Below, one piece after another: positions 51,206 through 64,000 of a stretch of 64,000 bases of DNA; within the stretch, counting starts at the first letter, position 1, and every line of letters begins with the position of its first letter. The position numbers and the translations under genes are program-made. The notes under the pieces were generated by a model. That model ran no database searches. It was not told the DNA's origin and worked only from the letters and a program-made list of their open reading frames with translations. Location: assembly GCA_023231475.1 (NCBI GenBank), contig JALJEE010001605.1:62001-126000 (forward strand), written 5' to 3'. This DNA comes from Seison nebaliae (Eukaryota).

Positions 51206-51643
51206 ATGAGTCATAAAATTACACCAAGAATCATTTATTCAACAGCTTGTTCAATTTTACGTTATACGAGAAGGAATGACTTAATTCTTCAACCACTTAA
51301 ATATTCGATTGGACATGAACAATTTAAGAGATTCTCATCGTCTTCTCATAATTTGCCAGTTGGAAATTGGATAAATTCACAAACTCCTTCAGAATATGAA
51401 AGGAAATTAATGATTCATTTCACGTGTAAAGTATGCAATGAGAGAAATAAGAAAACATTTTCGAAGCATTCTTACGAGAAAGGTGTTGTCATCATTCGAT
51501 GTGAAGGATGTTCAAATTTACATTTAATTGCTGACAATTTACAGTGGTTCTCCGACATCGATCAAAATTCGAACAATATTGAAAAGATTTTGGAGAAGAA
51601 GGGTGAATCAGTTGAAAGAAAAGATTCGTTTGAAATTGTTTAA
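51206..51643 (+). CDS. DNLZ: Mitochondrial DNL-type zinc finger (Hep1/Zim17)
   Basis: FTCKVC..FSKHSYEKGVVIIRCEGCSNLHLIADNLQWF. Confidence 0.96.
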   Translation: MSHKITPRIIYSTACSILRYTRRNDLILQPLKYSIGHEQFKRFSSSSHNLPVGNWINSQTPSEYERKLMIHFTCKVCNERNKKTFSKHSYEKGVVIIRCEGCSNLHLIADNLQWFSDIDQNSNNIEKILEKKGESVERKDSFEIV

Positions 51644-52168
51644 TAAAATTTAAGTTCCAAAAAAAAAAGAAATATATTGAACATTTGTATGTTTTAATTG
51701 GAGGAAAGAAATGTATGTGAACAATTCGAATGAACGGGATGATTCGTCGATTCTATCATCTAAAAAAATTTGTTTTTAATAAATTTTTTCATTTTCATAA
51801 ACAGTTGGAGAAGAAGGAATGGTGATATGTGTGGATAGATGAATGGATGAAGAAAAAGATATATTGAAGAGAATAAATAATAATAATAAATGTTGCTGTT
51901 TAAAGCTAAAATTAAACTGAAAATACTATCAGAAGAGAGATTACCACTAATTAATTTAAAATGTCGTTAAACTCTTTAAAAGACAACAAGTGAATAATAA
52001 TAATAGTCACATAAATTTGGAGATATGGTGATAATCTGATGTTTTTTCCTTTCCAAAACAACATATCCCAAATGAAATGACATGTTAGAAAGAAATAAAT
52101 GTGAATTGTAAACTGAAAATGAAATGAAATTCCAACAATCTTGAAATTAGAAATAAAGGAAGATTTGT

Positions 52169-54459
52169 TCAATCATTTTTAGTCATACGAATTTCGTTCG
52201 CTTCCTCATCCGATTGAGTTCCCATTAATGTGTCGATTACTCTGGAAATTCATTGTATAATCGTGAAAAAAAAAGAATAATAATAATAATAACTTTTCAA
52301 CATTGGGCACGGAACTAGATTGATTGTTTTTCGTTTTACTATTGGAATTCTTCTTCTCTGGAATATTCTTATCCATCCATTCTAATTCTTTCTAGAAGTT
52401 TAATGGAATGGAAATTTTCATGAAAATTTGAAAAATACGAACATCCACTCGACTTTCTTCAAAATTGTCGTCTGCTGATTTATCTCGTTCTTTGTTAATT
52501 AATCGTTGTTTGACATTATCAGAATCTAAAAGAAATGAGAATTAAATATAAATTGAAAAATAAAACCATAAATTACATGATCCAATTGAATATCTTCCTC
52601 TTGATCGTCATCGAGTAATGGTGAGAAAGCATATCTGATGAAATGAAGATGGAATTGGAACGAAATAGAAGAATGAAACCTTTGATTATTTTTCGACGGT
52701 CTCCAAAGAATAATAATGACGAGAAGCATCAAAGAAAATAATATTTGCCAAATAGCAGTATCCATCCACATATTCTTCCACGCCATCATACATGCCGTAA
52801 AATGATGATTAAATAATGATAATATCATAAAAACAATTGAAGCTTCCAATATGTTAAATTAGAAATTAATAATTTAAATTATATTCAATTTAATTAACCC
52901 AATACACAACATATTAATGTGAATGTAAAATGACGATACAAATTCAATTTGACGATGTTATTCCGTTCTCTTAAAACCTTAATTGTATGATGTAATGTGG
53001 TGAAAATCCAATAACATAAAAATGCATCAGCTCCCGCTAAAATTAGAATATATTAAAGAAAAAAAATTAATTGACATAATAATTGGAGGAAAGGAAGAAC
53101 CTAAAGGAATTTGTGAAATTGCTGCTCGTTTCGGATCATTGGCGAAAACTTTGAAGAAAGCATCGAATAATGAGAGAATGAAATATCCAATTCCACATAA
53201 CAAGACATTTCTCATTAATTCACCTAATCTCGGTCTAGTCAATCATATCAATTTGTTCATTTTAGAAAAAGAGATAAATGAATAAACTTCACAATACCAT
53301 AACCGAAAGCCACTATGAGAATTAAAATACGTGCCAAACTCCTCTTACCTGCTGAAACGATTTCAGCAGCCAATGCAATTTTTATATCTCTTTTTCCTGT
53401 TTTATCCACTTGTTCATATTCAGCTAAATACATGGCCTTTTCAATCATTCCTATGAGAATGACGAATCCAATCCAAAATTGAATTCTCAACAATTGTCTC
53501 CAATATCTCGCTAAATAAAATAGCCAGATAATGGCGAATATTGCTGGGAAAATGAATATCATAAAATTTTCATATAAGTCTAATATGAACTGTAAACGCA
53601 ACAGAGTAGCGAATAGAAGGGAATGAAAATTTTGTTTGATGCTGATAAATATCTATTTGTTCTGGGATTCTTTATTTCAATTCGAATATCAATCGGATGA
53701 TCTTTCCAATCGGATGGTTTTGGTCCATATAATTCGAAAGTGAATGCATATTCACTCGTCTCACAAACATCTATCAATAACTGCTTTTTCGCATGAACGG
53801 ATAATATATCGGACTTAATAAATAATTTTGAATAAAATGAAGAGAAATTTAAAAAGAGAAGGTTGATAAACTTCATTTTTCACTGCTCGAACATTACGAG
53901 ATTTAGTTAAATTAGATTTGTTGATTTCCGTTCTTTGACATGTCCTCTCCATCACTTCAGGTTGATCATAATCACAATTAAAAGTGACTGGTAGAAACAG
54001 AATCATGTTTGATGAGGATTCCTTCTTCTTTGTAATAAAAGAAATTTCAATTGGAAATATTGAAAATAAATAATTTTTTAGAAAGATATTTAACTGGAAT
54101 TGAAACACTTCGAGAAATATCATTTTGACATTGGATCATTTCCAAATAATATTTTACTGTAAATTTTAAATTACTCGATCGACAATCGACTAGAGAGAAA
54201 TTGAAAATGAAGACCAAATAGAAATTATGAGAAATGTAACGATCTAATAGGACTCGATCACCAGCAGTAATCGAATGCACGAACTGTTTATTAGTATTCT
54301 ATCATAGAATTATATAAATGAATTGTAATCAAGTTAAAAGAAAACGTTTATAATATCTTTAATTTCGAAGTATCCTTGTTCGGGTAACAGACAAGTTGAT
54401 TGATGGAAAACGAAGACACATAAGAGAACTGCGACATATTGAGAGAAGAATTTGTTCAT
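52169..54459 (-). CDS. TMEM87: TMEM87 family (GOST seven-TM protein), multi-exon
   Basis: YLSA, LLRIQFWIG, EIVSAGKRSLAR..GYGIVK, RPRLG, LWRPSKNNQR-YAFSPL and WMDKNIP. Confidence 0.93.
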
Positions 54460-55024
54460 TTCACTTCCACTTGTTCCTCACCAAAATTTTCAACTTATGT
54501 GAATATGTAGCAGTTGATTGAAAATAACTGACGATGTGTTAATAAATCGACCAAATAAATAACACGTCTCATTTAATTAATTTCATTAAGCTTATCATTT
54601 AAATCAATTATCTAATTATTATCTCATCATTTTCACTTTCTACGACTCAGATGAGAAACACAACAATTATTTAATCTTATTAAATTATTTTCATTGTTCA
54701 TTGACGTCAGATAGTGATGATACCAATACCTAATACCTAACACAGATGAAACTTTGTCAACTTATCAAACTTCAAATGGATTACTTTCTGAATGATAAAT
54801 TATTCTAATCAATTTAATTTAAAAAAATTTAAACTATTAAAAATTAGCTTGGATAAGAATGGAGAAGTTGAAAATACTTGATTTTACTTGATTAATTATT
54901 GGTTTTATTATAAGAACTTCTTTCAAAAAAAAAACATATGGAGACAACAATTTAATGTCGATTTATATTTATCGGGATAACAAGAGGAAAAGATTTATTT
55001 CATTAAAATTTAATGAAATAATTT

Positions 55025-55420
55025 TTAGATATGTGATGGATACAACATAACACGAATACGATGTCCCATGGCGTTTGGTGGAAGATTGTGAGAGAATTTT
55101 GCTCGCACGCTACCACTATTCCCGTGAACTCTTGTCACTTTTCCCCAAATAGCACGAACTTTCTTTTGTTTTCCATTTTGGGAGGATTGCGATCTGAGAA
55201 ATTAGAAATAAAATTTGAATAAGAATTTAAAGAAGGAGACGAACCCTTTGGATTTATAGACGAAGACACATCGTTTACCTAAATAAAAGTGAGCGTCTTT
55301 CTGGTCATACACACCGTCCAACTTCAACAGAGCTGTGTTTTCGTGTTGATTTCTCAATCCACGTTTATATCCAGTGAATACACCTTTGACGTAAAGTCTG
55401 GTAAATTTATCGTTGGACAT
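55025..55420 (-). CDS. RPL35A: 60S ribosomal protein L35a (2 exons)
   Basis: [39 protein letters not shown] and [11 protein letters not shown]. Confidence 0.98.
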
Positions 55421-55721
55421 GATATTTTTGGGAAGAAAATAATTATTCTAAAAAATCGAAAAAATCCGTTCAAATGAGAGTTTGATGAATTTGAGAATAA
55501 GATACAAAAATCGTGAAAATTACATTATTTAAATAAATTATTTCTATACATCACTGTTGTTGTTGGTGAACTTAAAATTTAAATATTCCGAAACTTTTTC
55601 AAATTTTCTCATAAAACTTTCTCTCATTTCAAACGAGAATTGTCATCTCATTTCAATTTGTATTGATTATTTTAAAATTAAAAATTGTTCAGTCATTCAG
55701 TCAACATTGTTGTATAAGACG

Positions 55722-57085
55722 ATGGAAAATGTGCATATAGTTTGTGCGAAACGTAGCGCAGTAGGTTCATATTATGGATCATTATCCAAATTACCCGCAA
55801 CTATTATTGGTTCTCAGGTTGTAATTGAAATGAAGGAAGAACTGGAATTATCAAATAATGATATATCTGAATTTATTATAGGACAATGTCTTGTCGCTGG
55901 TCAAGGTTTGATGTTTTATGGAAATTTTAAATAATTTTTAGATAATAATTAATTAAATTTTTTAATTTAGGACAAAATCCTGCGAGACAAACAGCACTTC
56001 TTTCTGGATTTTCTCATTCGACTAATGCATTCACCATCAATATGGTATGTGGTTCTGGATTAAAATCAATCGTTATGGCATTTAATGAAATTCGATTAAA
56101 TGATGATGGTGGGAAGATCATCATTGCTGGTGGACAAGAGAATATGAGTTTTACTCCTCATTTAGTTTTCGCGAGAAATCCTCTCAAATTCGGAAATGGA
56201 GAACTGATCGATTCAATGAAATTTGACGGTTTAACTGATGCATTCCATAAAGTGGCGATGGGAGAAACGGCAGAACAGATTGTCGACAAATACAAAATAA
56301 CGAGAGAAGCGCAAGACATTTTTGCATACAATTCTCATATGAAATATTTTGAGAATGGTCAAAATGGATTTAAAGAAGAAATTACTCCAATAAAGTTGAT
56401 TGATATGAAAAAATTAGAAAAATTTCAACAAGACAATTTATTCTCCTCATTATCAATCGTTCCATTTCTAAAAGATGACAATACATCGAAATTGTTTAGT
56501 GAGGATGAAGGTCCAAGAAAAGATACTTCGATAGAAAAATTGAGAAAATTGAGACCATATTTCCGTCCGAAATCTGGAACAGTCACACCTGGATCATCAT
56601 CAACTATTAATGATGGTGCTGCTTTCTTATGTTTGACATCGGAAAATGAAATGAAAAAACGGAATTGGAAGTCATTAGGACGAATCGTGACGTTTGGACA
56701 AAGTGGTTGTAATCCAATCATTATGGGCATTGCTCCAGTTGAAGCGATAAAGAAATGTTTGAAGAAAGCCAATTGGAAATTGAGTGAAGTTGACATATTT
56801 GAATTGAATGAAGCATTCGCAGCACAATCATTAGCTGTCATTAAAGAATTGGATATTGAATTAAAGAAGGAGAATGATAATTGTTCAGGCGATTGTTCCA
56901 TTGCTCAAAAAGTTAATATTTGTGGTGGTGCTATTGCAATTGGACATCCGATCGGCGCATCGGGAGCTCGCGTTCTAGTCACTTTAATTCATTTAATGAA
57001 ACGAAAAAATTTAAAGAAAGGAATTGCTGCCTTATGTATTGGTGGTGGACAAGCTATAGCAGTAGCAATCGAAAATTGTCTGTGA
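55722..57085 (+). CDS. ACAT2: Acetyl-CoA acetyltransferase (biosynthetic thiolase, cytosolic type), 2 exons
   Basis: GQGQNPARQ, NMVCGSGLK, ELNEAFA, GHPIGASG and LCIGGG. No targeting peptide seen. Confidence 0.9.
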
Positions 57086-57379
57086 TTTCTTCTCATTTTT
57101 TCTTCCTATTTATCATATTTATTATTATTAGTTCGTATATTTATTATTAGTTTATTTCGAAAAATTTTTAATTGTCGAAACTATTCATTTTACTTCAAAT
57201 AAAGAGAAAGAAATTAGAAAAATTTTGTTTATGTTGAATGAAACATGATAAGAAAAAAAATTAATGAAATATTTTAATATCTCGAAACGGAATTAAAACA
57301 AATTGACAATTGGACGACTATAAATTGAAAGAGAAAAAGAGATTATGCAGAAAAAATTGAAAATTATTTTTTTTAAATT

Positions 57380-57771
57380 ATGAAATTCTTGATTTTATTA
57401 GTTTCCATTTTATTAGTTTGGTGCACCGTCTCCTCAACTAGTTTGGATAATCCACTACGTCAAATTGAACACCAATCGGCAAAGAAAATATATCGAGCTA
57501 TGAAGTGTTTAAGGAAGTCATGTAAAGGTCAATCCGTCCAATGTTTCATATGTGGCGAAGCGTTTTATAAAGTTTTAGATATATTTGGGAAAAGTTAAAA
57601 ATTTCTTTCCTTTTTGTAGAAATGACACTTAACTATCTTATTATAGAGAAAGTAACTTGTAAGTCAACGGGAAAGAAAGATATTGACTGGTCTTCAGTTA
57701 GAGAGCCGAAAACGGATTATTGTTGTCATCATGGATGTACGATGAAAGATATTATCAATTTTCTTAATTGA
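57380..57771 (+). CDS. Atypical insulin-like peptide 1 (2 exons; intron 57594-57646)
   Basis: Signal peptide, B-like ICGEAFYKVL and A-like CCHHGCTMKDIINFLN. Confidence 0.75.
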
Positions 57772-58003
57772 GATTAGTTCTAAAAGAAGGGACGGTTAAC
57801 CGGAAAGAAATCGTTTATTTATAACATTCAAAATTTTCTTTTTTCGTTTTTTACAATTAAAAATAAAATAATCAATAAAAACCAAATTACGGAATGAATC
57901 ATAAAAAAATTAGTTTTGAATAAACAAAATAATTTTAAAAAAAAATACGAAGAATTTCTCATTAAATTATTACCATCATTCTCCAATTCTAAACGATTTC
58001 TTT

Positions 58004-58511
58004 TCATTTATGACCATGAGGAAACTTCTCATTTAAATACATCAGTTGCTCCAATGAACATCCACGTTGACAACAAGTTTCCGGTAGTAAAAATTCTTCC
58101 TTCCAATCAGCTAAATGATTTCGACGACATTTTTTCGCTAAAATTTTTTAAAAGAGTTTCAGTTTTAGTTTAATGGAAAGATGAAGAATAGTAACGGTAT
58201 TTGACGGAATATAAATCTTCGAGAATTAAATATAAAACTTCGCCACACAAATTACAAGTGGATAGATCAAAGCAAGATCGTTTCAAACATTTTTTTTGTC
58301 GTTCGACTCTTAATCTTGTGGACACGCCATGATGGAATGAGAAACGTCTTGATCGATGTAATGTTAAATTCTCAAACGATAGTCCATTATTAATTTCCTT
58401 CAATTGTTTTTGACGTGGTTGATATTTGGTTTGTGCTTGGAAATGTGTTGTACGTAATGATACGAATGGTATCAGAATTGTTAGAACGACTATTGAGATA
58501 GAAAAGTTCAT
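58004..58511 (-). CDS. Atypical insulin-like peptide 2 (2 exons; intron 58138-58195)
   Basis: Signal peptide, RSRR cleavage site, B-like LCGEVLYLIL and A-like ETCCQRGCSLEQLMYLN. Confidence 0.78.
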
Positions 58512-59282
58512 TTGACTCAAAATGAATGTTGAATGTTCAAATAATTCTAATGTGGTTGTTGAAGATTAATTGAACAGATCTGATGAGTATTTTATGGAGA
58601 GACAAGATATGGAAATTTGATATTAGAATATGGATGAAATGAATTATATTTATATTGTCATTCGAGATGTGGTGGCAGCGAAGGAAATGACTAATTGAGT
58701 GGATATTTAGGTCAATGTTTTCTTTCCAGTTATAAGTAGGAAAAATGAAAATGAAGAAGAAAGAAAGTTTGTTGAGTTTCGAGAGGTGATAAACGGGAAA
58801 ATAATCGTGTTCTTTTTCTCAATGGATACAAATGAAATAATTCGTTCTCTTTTTCGCTCATCCATCAACTCTCAAGCAACAATAGAGAAATAGTTATCAA
58901 CAACAAACCACCACGTAGTGATGTCGTTAACAAAAAGAAATTAAAATAGATGATGACAAATAACGACTGGACGAGGAAACGATCAACCGGAAATTTATCG
59001 ACATTTAAGAAAGATGAAGCCGGAAAAATAGAGGAGAAATAGAGAAAAGAATAACAAAAGATGCTAATGAAATAGGAAACGATAGCCAAATGTTTTTATC
59101 ATATGGTTTCCATTATCGTTCAATATTTATGTTGTCTAAATATTATTTTTGTATTTCTTTCTTCTTCTTTTATTTATTTATCATTATTCTTCTTCTTCTA
59201 TCTCATTATTCTCGGATCATTATTAGATGCGGATCATTTTCCTTAATATATTTGTTCCTCTCATTGTGAGTTGTTTGTCTAG

Positions 59283-60614
59283 TTAATCTTCTTTCAGCCA
59301 TGAATGTCTTCTCAACTCGGATACTGACCACCGTTTTTCTGCTTCCTTAATTAAACAACATCGAACGAAATCCTCACAATTCGACAATTCTTTTTCTATT
59401 TTTTCGTTCGGTGATTTTCTAAAAAATGAATTTAACTTCCTTCGATAAATATTTCGTTCAACTGTATTCGATCTAATAAGAGAAGTATTTTGGAATAATT
59501 CGTATTCAGGATTTGTCGTTAGAATTTGTTGGTATAATCGATCTTTCCAATTCCTCTCATACGTACCGATCGTGTACGGCAGTCGATCAGTTAACATCAA
59601 GTAAGTCATGATACCGACACACCAAACATCAGTAGCCGGTGTCATCATTTGTTCATTGATCACTTCCGGTGAACAATAAGCAGGCGTGCATAAACGTGAA
59701 TATTGGCGATTGACTTTATAGGCAGGTCCAGCAAATCCGAAATCTATTAATTTCACTTCTATTTCATTATCGGGAGATAATGGCGATTTTACAAATAACA
59801 AATTTTCTAATTTAATATCCAAATGAACTAGACGTTTCTTATGTAGATAATCCAAAGCGTCCAACGTCTACCAGAAGAACACGTGGAACTTTAAAATAAG
59901 AAATTATTATAAACTTGTCGTAACACTTTCTTAATATTCTCTATACCTAACAAATAATCTCCAACGGTGCCTCCATTCAAATATTCCATAATCATCATGG
60001 CACCATAAGTTGGAGAATAAAGAGATTCGACTATTTGAATGATATTTGGATGACGAAGATGTTTAGTTATCTTTTCTTCTTGTCGTGCATCTTGATGAAA
60101 TCGTTTCCCAAGAACTTTTGCTGCAAATAATTTATTTGTTCGTTTATTACTCACCTATTAATTTACCAAATTTAAATTAAATTTTTTATCTTTAATATTT
60201 AAGTTTCTCTCAAAATGTTAAATAAATTTTCTTAAAACTTTAACATATTAAAAAAGGAAATAGAAAAATTTCTTTTTTTAAATTTAATTAAAAATTTTAG
60301 TACTAAACTAAATATACAGTTCCATTGCCCCCTGTAGCGATTTCATCCAAAATTTTATATTTGCTTAAAAATTCATCATTATCTCCTTCATTATCACCGA
60401 GAGTTGGATAAGATGGTTTCAAATAAATTTCACGTCGATCTAATTTATTGGACTTTTTTTCAGATAAAAAATTTTTCGTTTCAAATTTCAACTCTTCTGT
60501 TAGAGCGTTGTGGAGAGAAGAACGAATTTTATTGAAATTAGACAAAACATAAAAAGTTTTATTTAAAAAGGTATTATGGAAATTAAAGGGAACTAAATTA
60601 CTAAATGAGGACAT
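59283..60614 (-). CDS. CAMK-group Ser/Thr kinase (DAPK/MLCK-like, divergent), 3 exons
   Basis: GGNGTV, FAAK, LRHPNII, HLDIKLEN, DFG, TPAYCSPE and TDVWCVG. Confidence 0.88.
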
Positions 60615-60866
60615 GATCAATCATAAATATACAATTAAAATTAAAGGAAAAAACAAAAAAAAAAGTCAACAGAAATATGGATCAAGTTAAATTTCAATTC
60701 ATCTCAATTTTGATCAATGCTTCACATTTGAAGCATAATATTTTTAAATTATAATTGATAATAAATTAAAATAAAAATTATTTGAAATCCAATTATAATC
60801 TGGTCGCCATGTCAATAAAAACAATTTGTGATCAAAACATTCTGGGTTCTTGTTATCAAACTGGAC

Positions 60867-62871
60867 ATGGAGTTGCAACAACGTAACATCGTCAGATCGA
60901 CAAGTACGTCAAGTAAACTTAATCCGAAGAGGAATGGCGCGATGAGTCGATATCGTTGTATTAGTAAAACATCGAATTGTGACGAGTCGTTGTTTGGGAA
61001 ACCAAAACGATTGATCGATGCTGAGAATATGCGACAGAAACAAGCCAGTCAGAAATTGCCTGACATTACAAGAACAATAGAAACGACTCATAGACCAAGA
61101 CAACAGGTTTCGTCAGCAGCTCCGTTTGCATTACATGAAGATGAATTGCAACGATCTCAAACGTTATCACCTGAAAGGAAATATGTGACTCATATTACTA
61201 AAAACTTAATCAGAAATATTTTGTTAACAATTTTCTTATTATTTGAAGAGTTCTTATTGACTTAATGAATTTTCAGAATACCTGAAGATCCAAGTGAACA
61301 GACGGCAGTTATCGATTCACAAGCATTGAATCGTCTAACTAATCTCTCAAAAATGAACACAGCGGAAATGAATAAAATGAAGTTGCGAGAATCCCAACAA
61401 TATACTAGTGAATTGCAGGAAGAATTATTAAAGCGACGACAACAATTGCAAGAATTAGACATTGAAAGGAATAAACAAATGAAAGAATTTAACTTCGATG
61501 ATAATGCAGAAATTTTGAAGAAAGCTGATGAATTGAGAGAGAATGATGATGAAGAAATCAGACAGTTGAACGAAGTTCATCAACATTAATTTTGAAGTAA
61601 AGTCATTGAATTTCTTTTAGTTGATTTTGAATGCAAAAATTCAGGCAATACGCGACGCTCAAATAGCCGAAAAGCAGGAAATCGAACTGGAATTGAAAAA
61701 CGAAGGAAGACGAATGGATTCGATTATGGAGAAGAATCGTCTCCAACAAATTTCGATGCATGAACAATTGGAAGAGTTGAAAAAACGACAAGCTCGAGTT
61801 AAAATTTTTTGGTAAGTTCTCAAAGAAAATTAGTTGGAACTATTTAGGAAGGAGCTAGTGAAATTATGAAACAAATTGGAATGAATGAACAAGAGAGATT
61901 GATTAAAGAAGAAATTAAGGAACAAGAGAATCAATTAATGAGGAAACATTTGGAGAAATTGCGAGAAGAAGATTTCAAAGATATGGAACAGAAAAAATTG
62001 AAGCAAAAAGGAATTGCCGTTAGTTTCGAAATTATGAATTGTATGAGAATTATCAAATTCAATTTTATCATAGAGTGATTTAAAGAAAGTTAATGCTGAA
62101 ATTGAGAAAGTGAAAGAGAAGAAGGCTGAATTAGATCGAATAGAAGATATGAAAGGTTTATTTCATTTTAGACTTTATAAATTAATTGATATTTTAGTAA
62201 TGCAATATTTGAATGAAAGAGCTGAAAAGGAAGCAGCTAAAGAACAAGAAATGTTAGAGAAAAAATTAGAAAAGGAAAAAGAAATAGCGAAACTTCGTGC
62301 TCAACAAGAACGTGCTAAAGATGTTCAAGCTGAGCGAGATGCATTGCGGGCTAAAAGAGATCAAGAGGAACGTGAACGTGAATGGCGGAGACAAGAGAAG
62401 ATCGACGCAATTAAACGAAAGGAGAAAAATGAACAATTGAGATTAACAAGAGAGTGGCAAATAAAGAAGAAGCAAGAAAATGTGGTTGACGAAATTCGAA
62501 GAAATGAATTTGAATTTAAGAAAACTCTCGCTAATCAAATAGAATCAGAAATCAAATTGAAAAAAGAAGAAGATGAAAATAGGAAGAAAAACTTAAAATA
62601 TCGAAATGATCTCGCCTCCCAAATACGTCAAAATGAAGAAGTTTATTAATTGTTTTAAATACAGTTTCTATATTTTCTTTTAAAATCTTTCATATTCTAG
62701 TCATTTATCAATTCAAAGAAGTCATATTTTGAAGAAGGTAGTAAATTGAATGAAGAAACAAGAATGAGGAAGATGAGAATTGAAGCTATTAAAAAGAAGA
62801 AATTGGATGAATTGAGAAAAAGTGGAATTCCTGCGAAGTACTGCAATGAAATTGAGAGGAAGATTATGTAG
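60867..62871 (+). CDS. CFAP45: Cilia- and flagella-associated protein 45 (CCDC19), 7 exons
   Basis: SRYR..DESLFG, LNAKIQAIRDAQIAEK, EKEIAKLRAQQERAKD.QAERDALRAKR..EREWR and KKKLDELRKSGIP.KY. Confidence 0.92.
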
Positions 62872-63294
62872 AAGTGTTTGGTATCAGAAATTCTATTTCA
62901 CCAAATTCACCGTCAACTTTAATTAAAAAATACTTTGGATAAATTAATATTTATATTTTGTCGATGGAATAAAATTAAGTTAATCGTTACCATAATAAAT
63001 ATTAATAAGTTTATCATCTTACGATTAGATTGCAGGTTACCCGTTATGTAGAAGTACGATAATACAAAGTTCCATAAAATGGCCGAACATTTGAAATGAA
63101 TTGGTCGAGAATTGGACCAGTAAATTAATCATCTATAATAATAAATTAAGGTCACGTAGAGGTATCAGATTAACATAAAGTAGTCATGAGAACAAGAGAT
63201 GGTCGGAAATTTGGAAGAATGTTCTTCTCTTTTCAGGCATTCCATTATTTCGACCGACTGAACAATTAATCAGAAAGAAAATCATTTAAATGAC

Positions 63295-64000
63295 ATGAAA
63301 TTTTTATCATTACTTTTCTTTCTACTTATCGGTGTACAACTCGAAACTAATTTTGACCATGAAAAGCTAAAATATACATCTAAGCAGAATTCCAAGAAAA
63401 CTGTAAGGGAGAAACCTAGATGGATGAAGAAACGTATTTTGGTTAATATTTAATCGATATACATATTATATGGGATAACTTAATTTTTTTCATCAGATTA
63501 GTGGCGGAGCAGGATTTATTGGATCTCATTTAACCGACTATTTAATGCTTGCTGGTCATGATGTGATAGTTGTAGATAATCTGTTTACTGGATCATTAGA
63601 CAATGTTGCACATTGGATATCGCATCCAAATTTCCATTTCGTTAATCATGATATATCCGAACCATTCTACCGAGAAGTCGATGAAATTTATCATCTAGCA
63701 TCACCTGCATCTCCTCCTCATTACCAATGGAATCCTATAAAAACTTTAAAAGCTAATACTTTAGGAACATTTCATCTCTTAGGAGTCGCTAAGAGAAATC
63801 GTGCAAGATTTTTATTAGCATCCACCAGTGAAGTGTACGGAGATCCATTGGAGCATCCGCAAACAGAAGATTATTGGGGGAATGTAAATCCAATTGGGTC
63901 ACGCTCGTGCTATGATGAAGGGAAAAGGAGTGCCGAAGCAATAGCTTATGCATATAACCATCAAGAGAATGTGGATGTTAGAGTTGCCAGAATCTTTAAT
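63295..64000 (+). CDS. UXS1: UDP-glucuronate decarboxylase (UDP-xylose synthase), runs off the window end
   Basis: KRILISGGAGFIGSHL, VDNLFTG, IYHLASPASPPHY, ASTSEVYGDP and YWGNVNPIG.RSCYDEGKR. Confidence 0.97.

Noticed and set aside
55722..57085. Thiolase resembling bacterial AtoB/PhaA as possible horizontal transfer
   Set aside because: Animal cytosolic ACAT2 shares these motifs, and the gene has a host-type intron and composition. A phylogeny would be needed to claim transfer.

Overview
AT-rich, gene-dense window from a compact animal genome with very short introns (mostly ~40-65 nt). It is not prokaryotic. Animal markers include an AP-2 transcription factor, a class A GPCR, a transmembrane collagen, insulin-like peptides and an amidated neuropeptide precursor. 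The style fits a miniaturised spiralian such as a rotifer relative, but that is only an inference. About 25 protein-coding genes were assembled by hand (VPS35, GET4, YTHDC1, AP3M, MACIT collagen, TMEM47-like, TMEM141, PPIL1, MED7, PGAP3, TFAP2, NACA-like, DNLZ, TMEM87, RPL35A, thiolase, a CAMK-group kinase, CFAP45, partial UXS1 and others), plus a MITE with an 8-bp target-site duplication and a truncated LINE. Four observations stand out. (1) Nearly all intron donors are GTT with no +5G, instead of GTRAG. (2) The AP-3 mu gene carries a duplicated, frame-incompatible (mutually exclusive) exon pair over the cargo-binding strand, and this pair uses GTA donors. (3) An unannotated ~435-nt multi-stem RNA at 37.9-38.3 kb has G-U wobbles that favour the + strand and an Sm-site-like motif. 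(4) A tail-to-tail pair of insulin-like genes has a rearranged 8-cysteine framework that lacks the canonical B19/A20 cysteines. Exon boundaries are manual and have no transcript support.
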